Positions 1-13,005 are shown, counted from the first letter of the stretch. The stretch: DNA of 64,000 nucleotides from Octopus sinensis (GCF_006345805.1 NC_043002.1:57722001-57786000); one strand, 5' to 3'. Translations and numbers: made by a program. The notes: a model not told the origin generated them from the letters alone.

Positions 1-34
1 GCGTCGAATGTGTATCGTATCATATATAATATAT

Positions 35-134
35 NNNNNNNNNNNNNNNNNNNNNNNNNNNNNNNNNNNNNNNNNNNNNNNNNNNNNNNNNNNNNNNNNN
101 NNNNNNNNNNNNNNNNNNNNNNNNNNNNNNNNNN
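35..134. other. Assembly gap (100 N)
   Basis: Run of exactly 100 N. Confidence 0.99.
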
Positions 135-186
135 ACCAAAGACTTCTGAGTGGATTTGGTAGATGGAAAACTGGAAGAATCCCATC

Positions 187-244
<58 letters not shown>

Positions 245-868
245 CTTCTTTCAGTCATTTTACTGCGGCCATGCTGGAGCACACCCCCTTTAGTCGAGCA
301 GATCGACCCCACGACTTATTCTTTGTAAGCCTAGTACTTATTCTATCGTACTGTTTTGCCGAACTGCTAAGTTACGGGGATGTAAATACACTAGCATCCG
401 TTGTCAAGCAATGTTGGCGGAACATACACAGACACACAAACACAAACACACACACACACGCACACATATATATATATATACAACGGGCTTCTTTCAGTTT
501 CCGTCAACCAAATCCACTCACAAGGCTTTGGTCAGCCCGTGGCTATAGTAGAAGACACTGGCCCGAGGTGCCACGCAGTGGGACTGAAACCGGAACCATG
601 TGGTTCGTAAGCAAGCTACTTACCACACAGCCACTCCTACGCCTATATGTATATATGTATTTCTGTCTGTGTTTGTCCCCCCGTAACCATCACTGGACAA
701 ACGATGTTGATGTGTTTACATCCCCGTAACGTAGCGATTCGGCAAATAAGACCGATATAATAGGTACTAGGCTTACAAAGAATAAGTCCTGGGGTAGATT
801 TGTTTGACTAAAGGCGGTACCCCAGCACGGCTGCGGTAAATGACTGAAACAAGTAAAAGAATAAAAGA
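135..868 (+). mobile_element. tRNA-derived SINE family A (outer copy, 5' end lost in gap), interrupted in its internal (TA)n by a second copy
   Basis: End of 5' half (accaaagac..gagtggatttggtagatggaaa) at 135-188; 3' half (catccccgtaac..gactgaaacaagtaaaagaataaaaga) at ~660-868; matches other copies in window. Confidence 0.75.
245..644 (-). mobile_element. SINE family A, full length, nested
   Basis: Reverse complement reads aggcgtaggagtggctgtgtggtaag..gttccggtttcagtccc (Pol III A/B-box-like head), internal (CA/TA)n, then the 3' half and tail. Confidence 0.85.
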
Positions 869-874
869 ATATTA

Positions 875-938
<64 letters not shown>

Positions 939-949
939 CGTATATATGT

Positions 950-1125
950 ATGGAATTTACCAAAAGAAAATACAAAACAAAAGACGAAACAGGTGTGTAA
1001 ACTACAAACAGGTGTATTAGTTTAACTCTCGGGAAGTGAGAAAGTCTTTTAAGTTCCGAGCCTACGCTCTTCAACAGAAAGGAACACAGAAATAAACAGG
1101 GAGAGAAAATAAAAAAGGTTTAGTG
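950..1125 (-). mobile_element. PLE pLTR-like fragment with degenerate minimal hammerhead (~1047-1081)
   Basis: Reverse complement ttt-CTGTTGA-a-gagc-gtag-gctc-GGAAC-tt-aaaa; same layout as the 15600 motif but core mutated. Confidence 0.45.
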
Positions 1126-1389
1126 GCTAGCGATCAAACATGCGAAGGCCGGAGAGAGGTGGTTGGACAGGAGAGGTGGTTGGACAGGAGAGGTGGTTGG
1201 ACAGGAGAGGTAGAAAGAAGGGGAGATAAAAAAAATAGTAGTGGTGATCCAAAAACGAAGGTGCGCAAGCGTATGTGAGAGCGTGTATGTACATATGGAT
1301 AGGGGCTGGTGACCTTGACGTTTGCGTGTGCGGGGTTGTGTGATGTGGTGTGGGGTGGTATGGTGGTGTGTGGTGTGGTAGTATATATG

Positions 1390-1432
<43 letters not shown>

Positions 1433-1835
1433 ATGGGCTTCCACACAGTTTTCGTCCATCAAATTCACTCAAGGGTTATTGGTTGGTCAGGGTTATAGTA
1501 GAAGAGCTTCTTAACTACACAGCCTTATGTTAATGTGCTTATATATATTTGCATTCTATAAAGATTTTAAAATTTATTTTATCAGAATTCAAGTTGATTT
1601 GCCCTTATTGAAATTCCGAATTGGCTTTTGTCTGTATATTCTTTTTGAGAAAGCAAATGATAGATAAAAACAGAATTCTACAAATATGCATGTCTGTATG
1701 CATACATATATACATCCATGCATACACACAAGCACGCATACTTACATACATATATACATCTCTCTCTATATATATGTATTTATGTATGTAAACATATATA
1801 CATATACAGGGAGAGACAAGTAGATAGATGTACAT

Positions 1836-1881
<46 letters not shown>

Positions 1882-1891
1882 ATTCTATCTA

Positions 1892-1928
<37 letters not shown>

Positions 1929-2917
1929 TATATATATATATATAAAATAGAAAAGATATGATGAAAAAACTACAGAAGGCTTGTTTATAATGTTAAAGAA
2001 TATATTTAAGTCGTTATGTTGGGAAAATGTTATAAAATTTTGTGTATAGTAACATAGTTTTTGGAGAAATAACGGGTTTCGTGTAAACTTTTCAAATTTC
2101 TTAAATTTCTTTACCTACATCGTGTCATGTCTTATCCTTAAAATCCTTAAAAATGTTTCAGCCCGAAAGCTGCGGCCATGCTGGGGCACCACGGCTGAAT
2201 GTGCTACACTAGTATGTGAAACCACTTCTGATACGTGGAACTTGGTCAACAAAGGAGTTCGACGCCGCTGCCCGCATCTGTGTTTCCTGCCGAGAGGTAG
2301 GTTCATCTGGAACCTCTGACAAGAAGAGATCCAGTTTAGTTTTATATGTAAGGAGAAAGGCTGACCGGGAGAGAGAGAGAGAGAGAGAGAGGGAGGGAGA
2401 CAGACAGAGACAGACAGACAAACTGGCAGATAAAATAGGAGATAGATAAACAGATAAACAGAGGGATGTAAATATATGCCTTACATATGTGTGTATCTAT
2501 GTGCCTTTATCTCACTGTATCTCTGTCTGTAAAAACTCTCTTTCAGTATATGTCTATATGTATGTGTTTAAATATGTGTTATTTGTGAGTATGTGGGTGT
2601 TTAAAATGTATGCTACATTTTCAATTTAATCATTCCTTTCTTTGTTCTTTTTTTACATAATGCAAAGAACAAATTGCTGACTGCAAAACTGCAATCGCTT
2701 GCGAAAATTCTGAAAAATTCACACAAAATTACAGAGTGTTTTAAACCTATAAATATTTATCAGAATATGTAATTGTAAAAATGAATGCACCGCTGTCTAA
2801 CTATTTGAATACGTATGTGTGGCTCTGCTTGTGCGTTTACCTGAATCTGTACGTATGTACGTATGTGTGTATGTGTGTGTGTGTGTGTTTGGGTGTGTGT
2901 ATATAAGTATATGTGTA

Positions 2918-2967
<50 letters not shown>

Positions 2968-3083
2968 CATATATGCATATATACATATATGCATATATAC
3001 ATGTATATATATATATATATATACATATATACATTTGTGTGTGTTCATATATATACATATATATATATGTATATATATACACA

Positions 3084-3130
<47 letters not shown>

Positions 3131-3173
3131 CACATATATATATACATATATATATATGTATATATATACACAC

Positions 3174-3225
<52 letters not shown>

Positions 3226-4159
3226 TATATATATATTATATATATATATGTATGTATTTATATATATATATATATATATGCATATGTATGTATGCATTTG
3301 AATTACATTCCATACATTAGTATGTTGTATGTGACGAAACTAAAATCTTTTCTAAAACCGCTTTCTTCGTGTTAATTAAATTGCATATTTTTTCATTTTT
3401 CTTTTCTTACATATTTCTATAAACATCATCATCATCATGATCATTTTCATCACCATCATCATCATTGTCAACACCATCGTCAACATCATCATCATTATCA
3501 TTATAATTATTATTAGTGTTATTGATATTGTTATACGTCTTCTAATGAGTATTGTGCTAAAAATTTAGTAAGATTGATGCAATGTTAATTATATGAATTT
3601 GTGTACAAATACCCCCCCCCTTTTTAATCAATAAAATCGTCTTTACTACTACTACTACTACTACTATAACCGCCATCGCGTCACTGTCCTCCTCTCCGCA
3701 TCATCATCATCATTACCGTCACCATTCTCATTAGCATGCCGAGTAAAATGCTTATCGACATTTCGTCCTCCTTTGTGTTTTGAGTTCAAATTCCACCGAG
3801 GTCGACTTTGCTTTTCAATCTTTCGCTGTCGTTAACATAAATGACAGTTGAGTCGATTTCATCGACTAGTCGCCTGCCCCAAATTTCAGGCCTTGTGAAA
3901 CAATTCAAAATTATTTATAAATATATCAATGACTAGAACATACAATCAAAAAATTTATTCCTCTTTTATCATTTAATTTTCACTCATGTCCAGTTTTTCG
4001 CCGCGGCTCGTTTTACTGGTCTTTTCTTATAAACGCTCTGCATGACGTTCAAATTCACAATTTGAATGTGTAGATAAAGGTTGACCTATTATCCTTGCCG
4101 GTGGCGACACATGTTGACCTTTAAGGTATGGTTTTTGTGTAAATTTGTATCTAGAGGAA

Positions 4160-4220
4160 TGTCTTTCTGACGAGAAGTGTGGTGCCTTTTTGGTTCCTAG
4201 CTTCGAAATTGTAATAGCGG
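4160..4220 (+). ncRNA. Type I hammerhead ribozyme motif, partly degenerate
   Basis: CTGACGA (4167-4173), gaag/cttc stem II extended by ggtgcc/ggttcc, GAAA (4205-4208), ttGTA; stem I weak. Confidence 0.5.
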
Positions 4221-4539
4221 ACTAACCATTCAGTTTTATTTGAATTTTATGTCATGTCGCCCGCTGACAGCTTTTATTGTTGAAGAGATATAATATGAGC
4301 GGTTATAGTGGTTTATAGCGGTTTTGGCTGCTATTTCTAGACGTGTATGAGCTTTTACAACCCCCTCCCTTATAATTGTGATTTATTGACAATTATACAC
4401 TCTTCTTTTATACACGCACACCAACACACACACATATATATTATATATATGTATTATATATCTATATATATGTGTGTGTGTATATATATGTTTGTGTGTG
4501 TGTATATATATATATGTGTGTGTGTACGTTTGTATATCT

Positions 4540-4745
4540 TGCATTTGTGGTTGTTCCCCATCACCGGTCTTGGGGCGTTTATGTCCCCGTAACTTAGCAG
4601 TTCAGCAAAAGTGGCCGATAGAATGAGTACTAGGCTTCAGGAAAAAAATAATTACTGGAGTCGATTCATTCGATTGAAATTCTTCAAGGCGGTGCCCCAG
4701 CATGGCCGCAGGCTAATGACTGAACTGAAACATGTAAAGGATAAA
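4540..4745 (+). mobile_element. SINE family A 3' half
   Basis: tgtccccgtaacttagc..ggcggtgccccagcatggccgcag..tgaaacatgtaaaggataaa. Confidence 0.7.
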
Positions 4746-4772
4746 TAAATTAATAAATAAATAAATAAATAA

Positions 4773-4809
<37 letters not shown>

Positions 4810-5177
4810 GGGTTAAGATTTGCTTGCCACCTTCCAAAATGGATAAAATCTCTCGCAGTAAATACAAGTACTGTGGTAGATAAAATTGCCCTTTTCCCAA
4901 ATTGTATGGTTTTGTGCTTCGTGAAGAAATCATTTGATGGGAAATCGATTGGAAAAAAATTAGGTAGCCTTTGGCGAATCGTGACGGAGTCATTTTTATG
5001 ATTTTCCTGTGATTCAATTTACATTAAGTGCAATGATGAATATTGAACACCGTTCGGTGTTACTGGAGGGAGTTATAGAGATAAAAGATATGAGTAATGT
5101 ATGGAGAGCTGAACTAATTTCACTCTATGAAAGAAACAACCAGCGGCCTACGTCGTCAAGGAAATCTTCAGTTGATG

Positions 5178-5340
5178 CAGACATGGCTGTGTGGTTAAGA
5201 AGCTCACTGTGAAATCATGTGGTTTCATGTTCAATTCTGCTGTGCGGCACCTTGGGGGGAAAGTCTTCTACTAGAGTTATCAGGCCGACGGATGCTTTGT
5301 GAGTCAATATTGTAGACGGAAACTGCGTGGAAGTTCGTCT
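5178..5340 (+). mobile_element. SINE family A 5' half, diverged
   Basis: catggctgtgtggttaagaagc..gcggcaccttggg..gacggaaactg. Confidence 0.65.
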
Positions 5341-6372
5341 TGTATTTATGTAATTAATAGCGATAGAAACAGTATGAATGCCAGAAAGTAATCTTTATCT
5401 CCAACTGAACACCTACACACACATATGTATATATGCATATATGAACTTTAGGTTAATTAAAATGTTTGTGACATATTTTAGCATTTAAAGGCAAATTCAC
5501 AGCAGTTACCGTGGAGAAACAATTCTCTCTTATCTGCCATATCTGTCCAGTGCTTCTCTCTAGCGGATTCCCAGGTGCGCGTTTCTAGCTCAATGGTAAA
5601 TAGAAAAGAGAAATAACAGTGGGCAGACGTAAAGTCGTAGATTTAACTAAAACACCGTCAGCATTATTAGTTGCGCTAGTGGAGTACCTGGCCGGGATGA
5701 ATATAGCAACATCGGCACCGAACAAGGATTGGAAATAAACGAACTTTAAGTTACTTAAAATATATTTGTGACATATTTTAACTTCTAAAGGCAAACTCGC
5801 TGCAGTTACCGCGGAGAAAAAAAATCTCTCTTAAGGTAAAAGGTTTAAAAACACCATATCAGACCAGTGGTTTCCCCTAGCGGAATTAATTGTCATTCTG
5901 CTTTGGATCCTTATGTAGAAAAATCTTTATGACCCTCATAAGCGCTTTCTGTTTCTCTTTCACTCATTAGCTTCGATTCTGTCTGTTCTTTTCTATCACC
6001 ATTCTCAGGAGTAGTTTTACACGCTTTCTTTTTTACTTCTTTACATAGGTGTTCTTCATACACTTATCTTTATACGTTTATATACACATAAAATTTTATC
6101 TTCATTTAATTTTTCTGTCCCTCAAATTCCTTACTTCATTTCCTGCATATGCTTATGTTTTCTCGATGGTAATGATTTTCTGTATATATATATATATAAA
6201 TGTAAATTCTTACCCGAATAAAATTGTACTTCATATTTGAAGCTCTGCTGAACGTATTGGGTGGTACACAAGCACTCAATTATGCGTGCATTACACCTTA
6301 CAGCAGAAACAACTGTAAGCTAATTGAAGTTCATGTAATTATTTCTGATTCCCTTATACTTTAATTTCTTAT

Positions 6373-6424
<52 letters not shown>

Positions 6425-6704
6425 TTCAACAATTGAGGGTAAAATTAATTAATTATTAATCAATTTCACCAAGTATTCAGTATGTAAAGGGACCATTTTA
6501 GGCGAATTCAAAATATTACATTATATATAAGGGCTTAGTAAAATAAATTACTTTGCCACATACTGAACTCATTAGAAATAGCAGCTAAAGAAATTTCTTC
6601 AGCTATTTCTAATACTTAAAGAAGATCTCTCTCAGATAGTGTTTGCCTAAACCAACTCACAAAGGTATGGGGGAAAAAACATTAAAAAATCATGTGCAAA
6701 GGTT

Positions 6705-6762
6705 ATTTGAGAACGTACGTTTCTAGATTAGTCAATTCGACATTTCTTTCGTCAGCTCAGAA
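6705..6762 (-). ncRNA. Hammerhead ribozyme motif (557-bp unit, left copy)
   Basis: Reverse complement of the motif at 7190-7245. Confidence 0.7.
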
Positions 6763-7189
6763 TTCCTTGAATCGGATTTGGGAACACTGAAAGTTGGGAG
6801 CACACCCTTTCGGTTTCTTATCACCTCTAGAATTCTGCTCGAACTAAAAGTGCTATCAAATTCGAATATGCAAGCGAAGAATTTCTGCTCTCCCCTTTCC
6901 ACCAGCGTGGGTTAAAATTGACAAACACCATGTATTAACGGTGAAAACCGCAGCATTTAACAGAGAGAGATGAATTATAATTTCAACAATTGAGGGTAAA
7001 ATTAATTAATTATTAATCAATTTCACCAAGTATTCAGTATGTAAAGGGACCATTTTAGGCGAATTCAAAATATTACATTATATATAAGGGCTTAGTAAAA
7101 TAAATTACTTTGCCACATACTGAACTCATTAGAAATAGCAGCTAAAGAAATTTCTTCAGCTATTTCTAATACTTAAAGATTCAAGGAAT

Positions 7190-7245
7190 TCTGAGCTGAC
7201 GAAAGAAATGTCGAATTGACTAATCTAGAAACGTACGTTCTCAAA
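7190..7245 (+). ncRNA. Hammerhead ribozyme motif (557-bp unit)
   Basis: tgag-CTGACGA-(aga..gtc gaatt gac..tct)-a-GAAAC-gtac-GTT^ctca; stem I tgag/ctca; palindrome aacgtacgtt. Confidence 0.7.
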
Positions 7246-7746
7246 TAACCTTTGCACTTGATTTTTTAGTGTTTTTTCCCCCATACCTTTGTGAGTTGGT
7301 TTAGGCAAACACTATCTGAGAGAGATCTTCTTTAAGTATTAGAAATAGCTGAAGAAATTTCCTTAGCTGTTATTTCTAATGAGTTCAGTATGTGGCAAAG
7401 TAATTTATTTTACTAAGCCCTTATATATAATGTAATATTTTGAATTCGCCTAAAATGGTCCCTTTACATACTGAATACTTGGTGAAATTGATTAATACTT
7501 AATTAATTTTACCCTCAATTGTTGAAATTATAATTCATCTCTCTCTGTTAAATGCTGCGGTTTTCACCGTTAATACATGGTGTTTGTCAATTTTAACCCA
7601 CGCTGGTGGAAAGGGGAGAGCAGAAATTCTTCGCTTGCATATTCGAATTTGATAGCACTTTTAGTTCGAGCAGAATTCTAGAGGTGATAAGAAACCGAAA
7701 GGGTGTGCTCCCAACTTTCAGTGTTCCCAAATCCGATTCAAGGAAT

Positions 7747-7802
7747 TCTGAGCTGACGAAAGAAATGTCGAATTGACTAATCTAGAAACGTACGTTCTCA
7801 AA
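7747..7802 (+). ncRNA. Hammerhead ribozyme motif (557-bp unit, next tandem copy)
   Basis: Identical motif 557 nt downstream; predicted cut after 7796. Confidence 0.7.
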
Positions 7803-8036
7803 TAACCTTTGCACATGATTTTTTAATGTTTTTTCCCCCATACCTTTGTGAGTTGGTTTAGGCAAACACTATCTGAGAGAGATCTTCTTTAAGTATTAGA
7901 AAAATAGAAGAAGAAATTTCTTTAGCTGCTATTTCTAATGAGTTCAGTATGTGGCAAAGTAATTTATTTTACTAAGCCTTATATATAATATATATTATAT
8001 ATATATGTATGTATATATATATATATAATATATATA

Positions 8037-8100
<64 letters not shown>

Positions 8101-8461
8101 TATATATGATTGTATTGTATATACAGGTACATATCTATGTGCCAATACACATTTGTACATACATATATATATGCATATACAAACATATATATATATATAT
8201 ATATATCTTTATATATATATATGCACACAGACGCACACACAATCATATACATATACGCACACATATATATAATTTATATATATATATATATATACATACA
8301 TATATATATACATATATATATACACATATATGTATGCATGCATGTATATATGTATTCATCTGTCTTCTTGTCTGGCTATCTATATATCTAACTATCTCTC
8401 TATCTATCTCTCTCTATATATATGCATATAATCAAAATAACAACATGATGCCAAGGATTCA

Positions 8462-8539
8462 GCGGTACATATGTTTTGAGCCTTTATTAGACGGATTTAT
8501 AACAATGCATAATGTGTGTCTATGGCCTTCTTCAGCCGC
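8462..8539 (-). ncRNA. Hammerhead motif in pLTR (G12A, likely inactive)
   Basis: gcgg-CTGAAGA-aggcc..ggctc-AAAAC-atat-GTA^ccgc. Confidence 0.6.
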
Positions 8540-10615
8540 GTACAATTACTACTTCAAGGACATGTATTACATTATAAGTTTTACGTTGGGGATGCAAATC
8601 TTCACAGTCGCGTACGACAGGGTGGGGAACCAGCACAAAAACGAAGCGTCCATCTCGTCTCTCACTCGATGTAGAATGAGGAAGTTTGGATGTTGAGATA
8701 GAGAGGGAAGGGGTTCGGGGGTTGAATCTTTAGTGAGTTAGGGATCACAAAGAGGGAGGGAGGTGGGTGCAAAAGTAGTAAAAGAGCAAAAATTTTAAAA
8801 TATCAAAAGAGTAAAAATTAAAAATAATATATAAAAAAGGTATAAGAATATAAAAATATAAGAATATAAAAAAATATATAAGGATATAAAAAGAGTATCT
8901 AAGTATATAAATATATAAATCAATATATAACTATATAAATATATAAATCAATATATAACTATATAAATATATAAATCAATATATAACTATATAAATATAT
9001 GAATAAATAAATAAATATATAAATACACACAGACGTGTAAAAACCACATGGTAATATAAATAAATAGAGATAAAGATAAAGGAGCGAGAACTAAGGACGG
9101 AAGATAAAAAGATATAAAAAAATATAAAAAATATGAAAATATAAAAAAATATTAACAAATATAAGGATAGGGGATGTAAAGGGGTTAAGAACTAACAAGG
9201 TGGTCAGAACGATGACATATTCCGGTTGTAGAAGCCTACGGGCGTAATGGCGGGTGTCATTAATCAACTAGAATGTCTGGAGGCCCAGTATATGGTTAAT
9301 TAGGGTTGTCTGGTTTGTGGTTAAACCGTTTATCTGCTTCCTCGTGAATTGTCCTTGTTACTAGTGGTCAACGTGTACATACGTACACGCATGGATACAT
9401 ATACACATATACACATACATATACACACGTATGCACATTCACTCGTATAAATACATACGTACTCTCGTGTAAAAATGTATCGACAGGGGTACGCATATAC
9501 ATACGTCCCGCTACGTACGTATACCTAAGCTTGCACCAGCTAAATACATAAAAGCAAATACACTAACCTGCCTCTGCACACGCACTCGTATACACACAAA
9601 TACATACTCACGCGTACATATGTAAAACCCGCCCGTCTACCCACCCACATACGTATATGCGCACATACATAAATATCTCAATATACACATACATACGGAA
9701 AAAGGCGCATGTAGTTGGGTACAAGAACTGATGCGCATACATACGTATACACATACACGTACATACGCACATACATACACACTCACACACAACTCACACA
9801 CATGAGGAGTTAAATCTCTATGCTTATGGACAAAGATATTCATACACCCACACTCACGCCAACACTCACACACATGGGGGAGTAAATCCCTATGTATATA
9901 CACGAAAATATGCATATATGCATATGCACAGACACAGGTATAACAAGTAGATCCATTCCCGCACACAGGCAAGAGGGACCTACATGTTCTAAATGTATGT
10001 CTTAGAGTGGCATGACGGTTGCAAACCATTGAAATAACATTATAAGTGGGTAATTAGCAAGTTACAGGGGTAAAAGAAAGAGACAAAGAACATACACACA
10101 TACGCACACATATATATACATATACACACACATATACACATATACATACATATACATGAATAAACATATAAGGAAATAGAACTAAAAATAGAGATACATG
10201 GAGACAAAAAATGGTAAAATAGAAGTAAAAATAGAAGTAAAAAAAGGATAAAATTAAAAATTTAAAATAAAATAAAATAAAGGTAATCGAGTAAAGATTA
10301 ACATGAAATGAAGGTAAAAGTAAAATGTGATTGTAAAGGTAAAAGTACAGGTGTGTGTTAAAGGGTAACCACCCAGGGAAGGTTAGGGAAACTGAGGTGG
10401 GGAGAGGGGGAAATTACGGAGTAGTCATAAGTGAGAGGGTGGGAAGTGGGGTTCGGGGGTGTAGGCTCAATATCAAAGTTAGAAATGGAAATAGATATAG
10501 ATATAGGGAAAAATAGATATAGGAAAGAAAATATAGGGAAAAAAACGGGGTGTGCTGGAGCTGACAAGTTGTACTTGGGTGGGAGGATATTGCATGGGGG
10601 AGTAGGTATAATAGC

Positions 10616-12240
10616 CTAAGCTTTGTAGTATTTGAAAGTTTTAGTAAGTTTGTGTATACAAGAATGCTTGAATTCAGATCTTTTATTAATTAGCTTGTGT
10701 TTCTCCTTGAATTTCATGATATTCAGGAGTTCCACACAACATAGCTGGCATCCTGTTCTATTATTTAAATAAGGTGCAGCTGATCCGATGATGGACCACC
10801 TGAGGTTGAAAACTACGCTATTGTCTTTTAATTCCCATTTTTTTAGATAGGGAGTTGCTGCTAGCCTTGTGTCTATGCCTGAATGAGGTTGGTGGTTGTA
10901 GTATCTAGATTTCCAGGCGGTCGAGCAACCTATGTAGGTGAGTGTGTTAAACTGAGTACTCACCTGACATGAATAGATTGTTTTTAGCCCGACATTCCCC
11001 ACGTAACGGACATTCGGAGGCACTTATGCAGTTGCAGGACACTGCATTTCCCGGTCGTGTGTTATTAGTCCCAGGGGGGGGGGGTAGTTAGCGTATGGTT
11101 ATTGTAGTGGTAGCCACTCTGGTGGGTGGAAAAAAACGTTAGTCGCCTCGTCATTGATAATGCTACTCTCGCTGTTGGTGTTGCTTAAGATATTTTGGTC
11201 TATATTGTTGGGACTTTGTTCAGCGTTGTAATTATTATTATTAATTCTATTACTCAAAGTGGGCAGAGGTGCTGCATTAATCGTAGGAGCCATGTTATCC
11301 TCATGAGGTATATTGTTGATGGGTGTAGTTCTGCTTCTGTTGGGGTGACGGGTGTTATTACAAGCGGTTCGGGTATTATGGCTGCCAGTCCGATTATATT
11401 GACTACTGCCTGGATGAATGGGGTTCGATTGGTCGTAATAACCTGCTCCTAATCTAGCTGTTCTAATGCTAATATTGTTATGCTTAGCTATGAGGCAGCT
11501 CATGTTGGGCAGGGTAGAGTAGGAAATCCTAATGGTTTTGTTAGAGAAGATACTTCTATACTTATGGGTGGGTGGGAAGTTGTTGGAAATAATAGAGAAT
11601 ATTTTCTTACATAATTTACCCTTAACTGCTATGTTGTATGGTATGTTGTACCATATATAATTACGTAATCTACTGTTTCTGCCTCTATTTCCCCTAATAT
11701 GATCGGTGCTACTCTCGTCGGAAGGGTTTTCATTGCGTACTATTTCATTGGTTCACTTTCTTTCTATACGTTGCTTAGTTCTGTTGAAAGTTAAATTAGA
11801 ATTAGCATTAGCTTGGGCTGTGTTGTTATTACCAACATCTAGTCGAGTTTGTTTGGATCTTAAATGAGTAGTTCTGGAATACGGAGTTCGCTTATAAGTG
11901 GGAGTTTTACAGCTGACGGACGTTCCTGGAGGGTCTACATAGGATATTCCCTGGGTATACCCAGCACTAGAGAGAGTCTGGTTGTAGTGGTGTGCGTAAT
12001 CATTGAATATATCTCTGTTGGAGGATAGCTTAGTGAGTCTGTCTGAGATGGCTTGGACCGTGGTGTTAATTATACAGAGTGGGTGGTTGGAAGAGGTGTG
12101 GATGTATCTAGTTGTTTCTTCGGGTTTCCTATACGGGTAGTGAAGGTGCTTGTCCAAGTCTAACGTAACATCTAGAAAGTTTACTATTTTCGTATTAGTC
12201 ATAAATTCTAGTTTTAGATTGAAAGATTTGAAGAATAGTC
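10616..12240 (-). pseudogene. PLE ORF remnant: RT C-terminus/thumb, linker, Cys motif, GIY-YIG endonuclease
   Basis: KIVNFLDVTLDL..YRKP..YIHTSSNHP..RLTKLSSN (11753-12202); IWYNIPY..NFPPTHKY..ISYSTLPNM..KHN; CNC..CPLRGEC; IYSCQV..YIGCSTAWKSRYYNH..WELK..RWSII..PY..CQLC..INKRSE; stops and frameshifts; starts downstream of the YxDD motif. Confidence 0.92.
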
Positions 12241-12442
12241 TGATCTAATCACTAAAGATTCAACCCCCAATCCTTCCCTCTTATCTCAACATCCAAACTT
12301 CCTCATTCTACATCGAGTGAGAGACGAGATGGACGCTTCATTTTTGTGCTGGTGCCCCACCCTGTCGTACGCGACTGTGAAGATTTGCATCCCCTACATA
12401 AAACTTATAATGTAATACATGCCCTTGAAGTAGTAATTGTAC

Positions 12443-12520
12443 GCGGCTGAAGAAGGCCATAGACACACATTATGCATTGTTATAAATCCGTCTAATAAAG
12501 GCTCGAAACATATGTACCGC
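12443..12520 (+). ncRNA. Hammerhead ribozyme in inverted pLTR
   Basis: gcgg-CTGAAGA-a-ggcc atagac..gtcta..ggct-c-GAAAC-atat-GTA^ccgc; stem I gcgg/ccgc; palindrome acatatgt. Confidence 0.75.
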
Positions 12521-12633
12521 TGAATCCTTGGCATCATGTTTTTATTTTGATTATACTCTACCACCTACACCATTAATTGGTATATACAGGTGCTTACAAT
12601 TATCAAGTATTCACCCTGAATTTATATATATGC

Positions 12634-12664
<31 letters not shown>

Positions 12665-12707
12665 TATAGATAGTATATATATATATAGTATATATATAAT
12701 ATATATA

Positions 12708-12745
<38 letters not shown>

Positions 12746-12959
12746 GTATATATATATATATACGCATATATATATATATGCATATACAAACATATATATA
12801 TATATATATGCATATACAAACAAATATATATATATATATTATATATATATATTATATACATATAATAATAATATTAGGGAGTGTAACTTCAAACTTACAG
12901 AGAAAAATTCAATTTAGTATTGAATCAAATTTCACAGTATAAATATATAAAATATAAAA

Positions 12960-13005
12960 TATGAATTAGAGATGAAACCACTATTATGCAACCCAGTGAT
13001 ATATA

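Larger units (their letters stand above)
6424..7980. mobile_element. Inverted array of a 557-bp HHR-containing non-coding unit (retrozyme/pLTR-like)
   Basis: tttcaacaattgaggg at 6424 and 6981 (period 557); array inverts at ~7179; inverted side repeats CTGACGA at 7196 and 7753 (period 557); both outer ends abut (TA)n; copies nearly identical. Confidence 0.85.
8427..12555 (-). mobile_element. 5'-truncated Penelope-like element bounded by inverted ~315-bp pLTRs
   Basis: 8427-8747 is the reverse complement of 12241-12555; each contains an HHR motif; the interior holds a PLE thumb-linker-GIY-YIG ORF and a ~1.9-kb microsatellite-rich 3' region. Confidence 0.9.

Noticed and set aside
1154-1212. 17-bp x3 tandem repeat; also the 27-bp duplication at ~61438-61490
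   Set aside because: Ordinary local slippage duplications
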